From Bacteroidota bacterium (GTDB taxonomy: Bacteria; Bacteroidota; Bacteroidia; JABEUT01), in the NCBI GenBank assembly GCA_013289475.1, contig JABCZW010000004.1, positions 3,596 to 67,595 on the forward strand: 64,000 nucleotides of DNA, written 5' to 3'. The translations under genes and the position numbers were made by a program. Of this stretch, positions 47,345-54,971 are shown in pieces. The number at the start of each line of letters is the position of its first letter. Position 1 is the first letter of the stretch. The notes under the pieces were generated by a model that was not told the DNA's origin, ran no database searches, and saw only the letters and a program-made list of their open reading frames with translations.

Positions 47345-47827
47345 TCAGGGGAGTAATTCTCCCTTTTTAATTTTGTCTGCAATAGTAGTTGCAGCTTTAT
47401 CTATTATATGGTAAACCTTATCAAAGCCCTTCTCATCACCATACCATGGGTCAGGTACTGAATCATTTGAGCCGGGATGAGCAGCATCGAGAAACAGCCT
47501 CACTTTGTCTTTATCTTTCTCATCTTCTGCCAATAACATTATATCAGCATAATTCGCGCTATCCATAACATATATACGGTCGAACTTTGCAAAGTCAGTA
47601 CTTCTGAATTGTTTTGCCCTGTTAGAAGAAACATCAAGGCTATGGGTCATGGCATTGGCAATGGTGCGTGCATCGGGTGCTTCTCCGGCATGTACAGCAG
47701 ATGTGCCGGCAGAATCGACTTCAATGCCTGTTATTTTCCTTTCTTCCAGTTTCTTTATCATCAAAAACTTTGCTAATGGCGAACGGCAGATATTTCCGTG
47801 ACAAACCATTATTATCTTCTTATTCAT
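47345..47827 (-). CDS. low-molecular-weight protein-tyrosine phosphatase
   Basis: 160 aa with the active-site loop VCHGNICRSP and a DP motif near the C-terminal third. Confidence 0.88.
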   Translation of the reverse strand: MNKKIIMVCHGNICRSPLAKFLMIKKLEERKITGIEVDSAGTSAVHAGEAPDARTIANAMTHSLDVSSNRAKQFRSTDFAKFDRIYVMDSANYADIMLLAEDEKDKDKVRLFLDAAHPGSNDSVPDPWYGDEKGFDKVYHIIDKAATTIADKIKKGELLP

Positions 47828-47883
47828 AGTAAATTCAATAATTACAAATGTATAAGTAATTCTTACAGGGGAATATTAAATAC

Positions 47884-47947
47884 GTGATTTGTGTAACATT
47901 TCCCTGAGCTTTTGTAATGTTTCCTGATGCCAGGTAAATCACTTTTG
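47884..47947 (+). promoter_or_regulatory. shared promoter-like module P1 (upstream of lipoprotein gene 47985)
   Basis: GTGATTTGTGTAAC-N15-TGTAATG-N20-CACTTTTG, with the ATG 38 nt downstream. Confidence 0.6.
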
Positions 47948-47984
47948 CACCGTGAAAATTATTTCACGATTAAATAAAAAAAAG

Positions 47985-48830
47985 ATGAAGACACTAGTAT
48001 ACATTTCAATAGCAATGCTGCTTATTAATGGCTGTAGCGATAAACAAGAAAAGCAAATTAAGGCACTGAGCATGAATGATTCTGCGTTAATGAATGAAAA
48101 TGCGCAGAAGGATTCATCCATTATAGCTTATGTAAAATCAATGAATGAGATACAGGATAATCTTGATAGTATAAAAGCCGCTGAAAACATATTGTCAATA
48201 AACACAAAAGGCAATGAGAATAAGAAAAGTATTGTAGGCGACATTAGGAGTATAAATATTCAGTTGCTTAAATACCATAGAGAAATATACTCATTGGAAA
48301 GGAAATTGAAATTAGTGAATAGTCAAAATAAAGAACTGCGGAAACTGGAAGGGCATCTTTCAAGTGAGCTGGCAGAAAGGGATTCAATGATAACTGTATT
48401 GCAAGGGAAGCTTGCTAAAATGAATGATTCGCTTGTGACCGTTATTAAACAATTCAATGATAGTATGGTTGTTATTAATAAGCTAAACGGTAAAATTACT
48501 GATATGACAAATGAAATGAATACAGTTTATTATTCAATAGGAACTGTTAAGGAATTTAAAAAGAATGGTGTTATTACCAAGGAAGGCGGGTTTGCCGGAA
48601 TAGGCCGAACCACTGAAATGAAGAAAAACTTTAATACACAGTATTTTACCAAAGCAGACATGGAGAAATTACTCGTAATACCATTTATGAGCAAGTTTGA
48701 AAAACTGGTAACCAACCATCCTGCAAGTTCCTATACTATTACCAATAATCATAAGTCAGATTCATTGATCATTAAATACCCTGGATTATTCTGGAGTATA
48801 TCAAAATATCTGGTAGTTATTGTGAAATAA
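47985..48830 (+). CDS. hypothetical coiled-coil lipoprotein
   Basis: The start MKTLVYISIAMLLINGC carries a lipobox and lies 38 nt after the P1 box. The middle region is rich in heptad-like repeats. Confidence 0.7.
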   Translation: MKTLVYISIAMLLINGCSDKQEKQIKALSMNDSALMNENAQKDSSIIAYVKSMNEIQDNLDSIKAAENILSINTKGNENKKSIVGDIRSINIQLLKYHREIYSLERKLKLVNSQNKELRKLEGHLSSELAERDSMITVLQGKLAKMNDSLVTVIKQFNDSMVVINKLNGKITDMTNEMNTVYYSIGTVKEFKKNGVITKEGGFAGIGRTTEMKKNFNTQYFTKADMEKLLVIPFMSKFEKLVTNHPASSYTITNNHKSDSLIIKYPGLFWSISKYLVVIVK

Positions 48831-48874
48831 CCTTGAATATTTCTTAAAATTTTAACGATACTAAAAGCCGAGAA

Positions 48875-49189
48875 ATGGTACTGGCATACGAACTGAATAT
48901 TGCGGGACTGCTTTTTGATATTGTAGGTGCAATTGGCATATTCAAAACAAAAATAATAGGCCTGCAGAAGACATCAGAAACTAAAGTGTTAAGGCGTAAC
49001 CCAAGTAGCAATCTTAACCTGGAGAAGAAAATTGATGAGTTGGAAAGTGAGATAAATGATATTATTGGAGCCACCAACCAGAAAAATAAAGGCAACGACA
49101 AAAAAGCAATAATCTTCTTCTTGTTAATATTTTCAGGTTTTTTATTACAGGTAGTTGCCTCGTTCGTAAATATTATATCCACAAAATAG
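48875..49189 (+). CDS. hypothetical small membrane protein
   Basis: 104 aa with two hydrophobic helices flanking a charged coiled segment. It lies 44 nt after the lipoprotein gene. Confidence 0.5.
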   Translation: MVLAYELNIAGLLFDIVGAIGIFKTKIIGLQKTSETKVLRRNPSSNLNLEKKIDELESEINDIIGATNQKNKGNDKKAIIFFLLIFSGFLLQVVASFVNIISTK

Positions 49190-49270
49190 TTTATAATTAA
49201 TTCCGTGTGCTTATTAAATGAAATATGTTTTAATGCACCATGAAATTTCTCAAGCAACATATATAAATGA

Positions 49271-49334
49271 GTGAAACATGTAAGATTGTTTAAAGTACAT
49301 ATAAAGCTTTTAACATGAAATGCCCTCACCTTTG
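49271..49334 (+). promoter_or_regulatory. shared promoter-like module P2 (upstream of csbD-like gene)
   Basis: GTGAAACATGTAAG-N15-TATAAAG-N20-CACCTTTG, with the ATG 40 nt downstream. Confidence 0.5.
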
Positions 49335-49373
49335 TATCGTATTAATTATTAATCTTTTAATCTAAAAAATAAA

Positions 49374-49667
49374 ATGGAAACCCCAAACAAGACAACAGAA
49401 GCAACTCAGATTAAAACCCCTGAGGCAACACAAAACAAAACTTCAGAAACAACCCAAAGCAAACCTTCTCAAACTTTTAAAGTTACCGGCAATTGGGAAG
49501 ATCAATCAAAGAAACTTAAAACTAAGTTTACCGAACTTACCGATTCAGATTTGAAACTGGAAACCGGCAAAGAATCTGAAATGTTGGGCCGTGTACAAAC
49601 CAAGCTGAACAAAAACCGCGAAGAAGTTATTGACATTATTAAGCAAGGTCAGGAGCAAACAGTGTAA
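49374..49667 (+). CDS. CsbD-family general stress protein
   Basis: 97 aa. After a Thr/Gln-rich N-terminus comes GNWEDQSKKLKTKFTELTDSDL...GKESEMLGRVQTKL, a CsbD-like pattern. Confidence 0.7.
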   Translation: METPNKTTEATQIKTPEATQNKTSETTQSKPSQTFKVTGNWEDQSKKLKTKFTELTDSDLKLETGKESEMLGRVQTKLNKNREEVIDIIKQGQEQTV

Positions 49668-49737
49668 TTAATTCCAATTAAATGGACAAAGGAGTATTTG
49701 AAATATAGTACAAAATCATTTAATAGGCCACAACAAA

Positions 49738-49767
49738 GGACAGGAACTTAAAAGCCTGTCTTTTTTT
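49738..49767 (+). terminator. probable rho-independent terminator after csbD-like gene
   Basis: GGACAGG-aacttaaaag-CCTGTCT (one G-U pair) followed by T7. Confidence 0.5.
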
Positions 49768-49868
49768 GTTTACTCCTGAAATAACGCTTAACGCGTTACT
49801 AACCTGCTATATATAGGTATAAGTATTCAATGACATATATGTTTATTATAAGCTAAAGTGTAAAATAT

Positions 49869-49932
49869 GTGATTTGTGTAACTATTCGGAGTACTTATGT
49901 AAGGTATTTAAGGTTAAATGAACGCATCTTTG
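49869..49932 (+). promoter_or_regulatory. shared promoter-like module P3 (upstream of AraC-kinase-regulator operon)
   Basis: GTGATTTGTGTAAC-N15-TGTAAGG-N20-CATCTTTG, with the ATG 46 nt downstream. Confidence 0.6.
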
Positions 49933-49977
49933 TTCATATTAATAAATCTCCTGAATTTGAAACTGTACATTAAATAT

Positions 49978-50541
49978 ATGGTAAGTGCCCGCTGCAAAAT
50001 GGCAGTAAAAGAAGAGCTGAAGAAGCTTGGCTTGCACTTTATGGTTGTGGATTTGGGAGAAGTAGAGGTGATGGAAGAGATGTCGGTTGAGCAGCTTAAA
50101 TTATTGAATATAGGCTTACACAGCTCGGGTCTTGAATTAATGGATGACAAAAGAGGGGTGCTGATTGAAAAAATTAAGAACGCAATTATTGAAATGATAC
50201 ATCATTCGGATGAAATAATTAAAACAAATTTCTCTGATTATTTAAGCGAAAAATTAAAGTACGATTATACATACCTGTCAAACTTATTTACTGAGGTACA
50301 GGGAACTACAATTGCCCAATTCATTACTGCACATAAAATAGAGAGGATAAAGGAATTAATGATGTACGATGAACTGAATATTACTGAAATTGCCTGGAAA
50401 ATGAATTATAGCAGCGTGGCGCATTTATCTAATCAATTTAAAAAATTTACAGGCCTTACACCAACACAATTTAAGCAGATGAAAGACAAGAAACGAAGCC
50501 CGATAGAAGAGATTGGGAACTTAAATGGTACAATAAGTTAA
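49978..50541 (+). CDS. AraC-family transcriptional regulator
   Basis: Start set at MVSARCKMAVKEELKKLGL. The C-terminal dual HTH reads YLSNLFTEVQGTTIAQF...ITEIAWKMNYSSVAHLSNQFKKFTGLTPTQF. Confidence 0.82.
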   Translation: MVSARCKMAVKEELKKLGLHFMVVDLGEVEVMEEMSVEQLKLLNIGLHSSGLELMDDKRGVLIEKIKNAIIEMIHHSDEIIKTNFSDYLSEKLKYDYTYLSNLFTEVQGTTIAQFITAHKIERIKELMMYDELNITEIAWKMNYSSVAHLSNQFKKFTGLTPTQFKQMKDKKRSPIEEIGNLNGTIS

Positions 50542-50569
50542 CAATGCCTTTACTTTATATAAGAAAGAA

Positions 50570-52588
50570 ATGAAAACAGCTCAGGAGCAGTCCCAATATG
50601 CAAGAAGCTTAATAGAAGCTACCCTGGACCCCTTGGTTACTATTAATATTGAAGGTATAATTACAGATGTGAACGAAGCAATGGTTAAGGCTACTGATAA
50701 AGCCCGTAGTAAGATTATCGGAACTAATTTTACTGATTATTTTGTAGAAACAAAAGAAGCATTTAATATATTCAAAGAAGTTTTTAAAAAAGGGTTTGTG
50801 TTAAATTATCCGCTAACCATAATAGATGGTGTATTGACGGATGTATTATTAAATGGTTCAGTTTTTAAAGATTTAGATAAAAAAGTGCTTGGAGCAGTTA
50901 TAGTTGCAAGAGATATTACCGGATTGAAAAGGATTGAAAAGGAATTGACAGAAGCCAAAGTGGTTGCAGAATTGGCTACCGGATTTGCAGAAGAAGCCCA
51001 AAGTAAAGCCGAAAGTGCTACAAAAATAGCTGAGGAGGCTACCCGGATAGCGGAAGATGCAGTTAAGGCTAAGCAGCAGTTTTTGTCGAACATGAGCCAT
51101 GAGATACGTACACCTATGAATGCTATTATAGGGTTCACAAAAGTAGTATTGAAAACTGACCTTTCGGCAAAGCAAAACGAATACCTGACCGCGATAAAGA
51201 TGAGCGGAGATGCGCTAATTGTACTTATTAACGATATACTTGATCTTGCAAAGGTTGATGCTGGTAAAATGACGTTTGAACAATCTCCGTTTAAAATGGC
51301 ACTGTCTATATCGGCAATGCTGCATTTATTTGAAACTAAGATACAGGAAAGGAATTTGGAGTTGGTGAAGGAATACGACAGCAAAATTCCGGAAGTATTG
51401 ATCGGTGACCCTGTACGGTTACACCAGATTATTTTGAATCTGGTTAGTAACGCAGTTAAGTTTACCACTATAGGGAAAATAGTAGTTGCTGTTAAATTAA
51501 TAAGTGAAGATGAGGATAATGCAATTATTGAGTTTGCAGTTACAGATACCGGAATAGGAATACCACAGAATAAGATAGAAAAGATCTTCGAGAATTTCCA
51601 ACAAGCATCAAGTGGAACTTCAAGGTTATATGGGGGCACAGGCTTAGGACTGGCTATTGTTAAACAACTGGTAGAATCGCAAGGCGGAGTTATTAAAGTG
51701 AAAAGCGAAATAGGTACAGGCTCAACATTCAGTTTTACTCTTAGTTTTCAAAAAGCAAAAGGTAAATTTGAAGTGGAGCCTGAATTATTGGAGCTCGATA
51801 AGGAAATAAAGAATATAAGAATATTGGTTGTAGAGGATATTACCCTCAACCAATTACTTATGAAAACATTATTGGATGATTTCGGGTTTGAGCGTGATAT
51901 TGCGGCTAATGGTAAAATAGCAATTGAAAAATTACAGAATCAAAATTATGACATCATTTTGATGGACTTGCAGATGCCTGAGATGAATGGGTTTGAAGCT
52001 ACCGAATACATACGTAACACAATGCATTCTAAAATACCAATAATAGCTTTAACGGCCGATGTAACTACTGTTGACCTGGCAAAATGCAAAGCAGTTGGGA
52101 TGAATGATTATATAGCAAAACCTATTGATGAAAGAGTACTATACAGTAAAATAATCGGGTTGATAAAAAAACCTCTTCTTCTTCCTGTGGGGGATACTGA
52201 AAATAAAAAGAATCAAAGTAAGAAACTAAGATGTATTGATATGGCTTATTTAATGCAACGTACAAAATCTAATCCTAAATTGATGATGGAAATGATTTCG
52301 GTTTACCTGGAGCAAACACCCCCATTGGTTCATGCAATGAAAAAGGGTTTCCAGGATAAGGACTGGGAATCGGTATATGCAGCAGTGCATAAAATGATTC
52401 CTTCTTTTTCAATAATGGGCATTAGTATTGATTTTGAGAATATGGCAAAAAAAGTTCAGGAATATGCGAGCACACAAAAGCAAACAGATGGAATACCTGG
52501 TTTGGTTATACAGCTTGAGGACATTTGTACCCAGGCATGCTTAGAATTGACAGAGGAGTTTAATATGATTAAAAACGCCAAAGTATGA
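50570..52588 (+). CDS. soluble hybrid sensor histidine kinase (PAS-HisKA-HATPase-REC-HPt)
   Basis: 672 aa. H-box SHEIRTPMNAI, ATPase boxes NAVKFT, DTGIGI and GGTGLGL, REC (ILMDLQMPEMNG), and a C-terminal HPt-like helix bundle (AVHKMIPS). No TM helices. Confidence 0.88.
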   Translation: MKTAQEQSQYARSLIEATLDPLVTINIEGIITDVNEAMVKATDKARSKIIGTNFTDYFVETKEAFNIFKEVFKKGFVLNYPLTIIDGVLTDVLLNGSVFKDLDKKVLGAVIVARDITGLKRIEKELTEAKVVAELATGFAEEAQSKAESATKIAEEATRIAEDAVKAKQQFLSNMSHEIRTPMNAIIGFTKVVLKTDLSAKQNEYLTAIKMSGDALIVLINDILDLAKVDAGKMTFEQSPFKMALSISAMLHLFETKIQERNLELVKEYDSKIPEVLIGDPVRLHQIILNLVSNAVKFTTIGKIVVAVKLISEDEDNAIIEFAVTDTGIGIPQNKIEKIFENFQQASSGTSRLYGGTGLGLAIVKQLVESQGGVIKVKSEIGTGSTFSFTLSFQKAKGKFEVEPELLELDKEIKNIRILVVEDITLNQLLMKTLLDDFGFERDIAANGKIAIEKLQNQNYDIILMDLQMPEMNGFEATEYIRNTMHSKIPIIALTADVTTVDLAKCKAVGMNDYIAKPIDERVLYSKIIGLIKKPLLLPVGDTENKKNQSKKLRCIDMAYLMQRTKSNPKLMMEMISVYLEQTPPLVHAMKKGFQDKDWESVYAAVHKMIPSFSIMGISIDFENMAKKVQEYASTQKQTDGIPGLVIQLEDICTQACLELTEEFNMIKNAKV

Positions 52589-53019
52589 AAAATGAAAATA
52601 AAATAAGGCTTTTCCTGGTAGATGATGACGCTTTGTTTTTAAAATCATTAGAAGTTGAATTTTTAGAACATGCTGATTTTGATATTAAAACATTCGCAAG
52701 TGGTGAGCTTTGTATTGCTGAGTTGTCAAAAGCCCCTGATGTTATCATTTTAGATTATCACCTTAATGGTATTGATAAAAATGCCATGAATGGAGTTGAT
52801 ACGTTAGATAAAATTAAAGAATTTAATCCCGATATCCCAGTTGTAATGCTCTCATCACAGGATAAAATAGATGTTGCAGTTAACTGCATGCATCATAAGG
52901 CTTTTGACTATGTGGTGAAAAGCGAAACCGCTTTTACCCGCTTACAAAAGATCATTACTACTATTTTCCATTACAAGAAAATGGAAAAGACACTTAGCTG
53001 GTATATGGAAAGGATGTAG
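52585..53019 (+). CDS. single-domain response regulator (REC only)
   Basis: 144 aa with LFLVDDD and IILDYHL. There is a 4-nt ATGA overlap with the kinase gene. Confidence 0.82.
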   Translation: MKNENKIRLFLVDDDALFLKSLEVEFLEHADFDIKTFASGELCIAELSKAPDVIILDYHLNGIDKNAMNGVDTLDKIKEFNPDIPVVMLSSQDKIDVAVNCMHHKAFDYVVKSETAFTRLQKIITTIFHYKKMEKTLSWYMERM

Positions 53020-53055
53020 CCCTTTCATAAACTTCTTTTTTCCCCTTTCTGATAC

Positions 53056-53119
53056 GTGAATGATGTAAGCTTTTCCGAAGGTTGTGTAGTAATTGTAGAG
53101 CGGTATTGCCGCACCTTTG
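53056..53119 (+). promoter_or_regulatory. shared promoter-like module P4 (upstream of DUF3494 gene)
   Basis: GTGAATGATGTAAG-N15-TGTAGTA-N20-CACCTTTG, with the ATG 42 nt downstream. Confidence 0.5.
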
Positions 53120-53160
53120 TACTGATGCAAAAATTATTTTGCAACTTAAATTTAAAGAAA

Positions 53161-53916
53161 ATGAAAAAGTTAAAAGCAATAACCGCCACTGCAATTGCAT
53201 CGGTTGTTTTAATGGCCGCATGTACCAAAACAAATACATCTCCTGCCGCATCAACCGGCACAAACCCAGTTGTGATACCTGTTCAAGCTACTACTCAAGC
53301 TTCGGTATCACTTGGCACTGACGCCTCTACTATGGCGGTTCTTGCAGGTTCAGATGTTACAAGCACAGGAGCGACAAATATTACAGGCGATCTTGGCCTT
53401 AGCCCGGGTACTTCTGTAGGCGGGTTTCCTCCGGGAATATTAAATGGAACAAAATATATCAATGGCCCAATAGCGAGCCAGGCAAAGCTTGACCTGACTT
53501 CAGCATATAATGATGCTGCAGGCAGAACTTGTACTGATATAGTAACATTATCCGGTAATATTGGCGGGTTAACATTAACTCCGGGGCTTTACAAGTCAAC
53601 ATCATCGCTTGCTGTATCTTCCGGCGACCTTACATTTGATGCAAAGGGAAACGCGAGTGCGGTATTTATAATTCAAATAGCATCTACACTAACTGCTACT
53701 TCTGGCCGTAAAGTAATCCTTGCAGGAGGTGCACTAGCATCTAATATATTCTGGCAGGTGGGCAGCTCTGCAACCTTTGGAACTACTTCTGTTTTTAAAG
53801 GGACTATTATGGCAATGCAGTCCATTTCGTTCGATACAGGAGCATCGCTTGATGGCAGGGCTCTTGCAAGAATAGGTGCCGTTACATTGGCAGGAAATAT
53901 AATAGTTAAACAATAA
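53161..53916 (+). CDS. DUF3494 / ice-binding-protein-family lipoprotein
   Basis: The start MKKLKAITATAIASVVLMAAC carries a lipobox. Family motifs follow: ILAGS.VT.TG.T.ITGDLG.SPG, LDLTSAYNDA, LTPGLYK, NIFWQVGSSAT and GRALA...VTL. Confidence 0.8.
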   Translation: MKKLKAITATAIASVVLMAACTKTNTSPAASTGTNPVVIPVQATTQASVSLGTDASTMAVLAGSDVTSTGATNITGDLGLSPGTSVGGFPPGILNGTKYINGPIASQAKLDLTSAYNDAAGRTCTDIVTLSGNIGGLTLTPGLYKSTSSLAVSSGDLTFDAKGNASAVFIIQIASTLTATSGRKVILAGGALASNIFWQVGSSATFGTTSVFKGTIMAMQSISFDTGASLDGRALARIGAVTLAGNIIVKQ

Positions 53917-53936
53917 CCATTTATTTTAACATTAAA

Positions 53937-53965
53937 AGCGTTGCATATTCAGCAACGCTTTTTTT
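53937..53965 (+). terminator. rho-independent terminator after DUF3494 gene
   Basis: AGCGTTGC-atattca-GCAACGCT followed by a T-run. Confidence 0.8.
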
Positions 53966-54003
53966 ATGCCTGCCAGACAAAAATGTAATGGAAACAGATA
54001 AAC

Positions 54004-54067
54004 GTAATTTATGTAACTAAAGCGTACAGATCTGTAATGCATAAAGGTTGGAAGGTATGCACCTTTG
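54004..54067 (+). promoter_or_regulatory. shared promoter-like module P5 (upstream of lipoprotein/lmo0937-like genes)
   Basis: GTAATTTATGTAAC-N15-TGTAATG-N20-CACCTTTG, with the ATG 40 nt downstream. Confidence 0.6.
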
Positions 54068-54106
54068 ACGCGTGAAAATTAATTCACAATTAAATAAAAA
54101 CAAACT

Positions 54107-54697
54107 ATGAAAAATCTAATTAAATACCTCTCGGTAAGTATAGTAGCATCTGTTCTGCTGTCTTCCTGCGGCTCAAACTTTTCAATAACAAAGCGCCATT
54201 ATAATAATGGTTATTATATTGATTATACCAGGAACAATAAAGCAGTTCCTAATGCAGAGGAAAAGACTGCCCAGGTGAAGACACAAACTCCTTCGATATC
54301 TGAACAGGCCCCGGTTGAAGGAAATACCACAAACCAAATACAGCCGCAAAGCAATAAGCAAAATAATGCTTTGGGCATATTTAGTAATAGTAAAAAAGAA
54401 GCTAAAGCTAATTTACAGACAGTTACTAAAACACTACCAATAAATAAGGTTGGTTTTGCCGGAAGCAATGCTGCAAAAGACAAGCAAGCATCTTTCGAAG
54501 CGCCGAATGTAATTGCCAATTCTGCTGACAGGGATGATGGCAGGGCATTAAGTTTTTTATGGCTTGTTATCGTTATTATTTTAATTATTTGGTTAATTGC
54601 AATTATAGCAGGCGGTTTTGGCCTTGGTGGTTTAATCAATCTGCTGCTTTTGATAGCATTGATCTTACTTATATTATGGTTGTTGAGAATTATTTAA
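54107..54697 (+). CDS. lipoprotein with C-terminal lmo0937-like double-TM module
   Basis: 196 aa. Has a lipobox (LLSSCG), a low-complexity Gln/Asn/Lys-rich linker, and the C-terminal LWLVIVIILIIWLIAIIAGGFGLGGLINLLLLIALILLILWLL. Confidence 0.7.
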   Translation: MKNLIKYLSVSIVASVLLSSCGSNFSITKRHYNNGYYIDYTRNNKAVPNAEEKTAQVKTQTPSISEQAPVEGNTTNQIQPQSNKQNNALGIFSNSKKEAKANLQTVTKTLPINKVGFAGSNAAKDKQASFEAPNVIANSADRDDGRALSFLWLVIVIILIIWLIAIIAGGFGLGGLINLLLLIALILLILWLLRII

Positions 54698-54729
54698 TTA
54701 GTAACGTTTAAAATAAAAAAATAAAAATC

Positions 54730-54882
54730 ATGGGAAATCTATTGTATATTATCGCGGTAATATTGGTTATTAGTTGGGCTATCGGTTTTATCGGCTACGG
54801 AGTAGGGGGCCTCATTCACGTTCTGCTTGTAATAGCGGTAATAGCAGTAGTCCTCAGGCTTATACAAGGAAAGCCACTTTAA
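54730..54882 (+). CDS. lmo0937-family small membrane protein (50 aa; too short for the ORF track)
   Basis: I translated it by hand: MGNLLYIIAVILVISWAIGFIGYGVGGLIHVLLVIAVIAVVLRLIQGKPL*. It resembles the C-terminus of the preceding ORF. Confidence 0.7.
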   Translation: MGNLLYIIAVILVISWAIGFIGYGVGGLIHVLLVIAVIAVVLRLIQGKPL

Positions 54883-54920
54883 CCAATAGCCTTAATAGGC
54901 TTATGATCTATACGTAAATA

Positions 54921-54950
54921 AAAAGAGAGGCCATTTGGCCTCTCTTTTTA
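54921..54950. terminator. bidirectional rho-independent terminator between the lmo0937-like gene and dnaA
   Basis: AAAAGAGAGGCC-attt-GGCCTCTCTTTTT has an A-tract on one side and a T-tract on the other. It sits between convergent genes. Confidence 0.8.
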
Positions 54951-54971
54951 TCTGTATATTAAATATTATTT

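Noticed and set aside
50806-51639. 277-aa ORF antisense to the hybrid histidine kinase, with similar shadow ORFs at 496-1074, 1154-1591, 17339-17806, 61558-62019 and 48844-49329
   Set aside because: They are opposite-strand shadows of well-supported genes. Their translations are Ser/Ile/Phe-rich with no domain signatures.
53056-53160. GTG-initiated extension of the DUF3494 ORF, plus ORF 53082-53321
   Set aside because: The extension covers promoter-like module P4. The ATG at 53161 gives a canonical lipoprotein signal peptide 42 nt after the CACCTTTG box, the same spacing as the other four modules.
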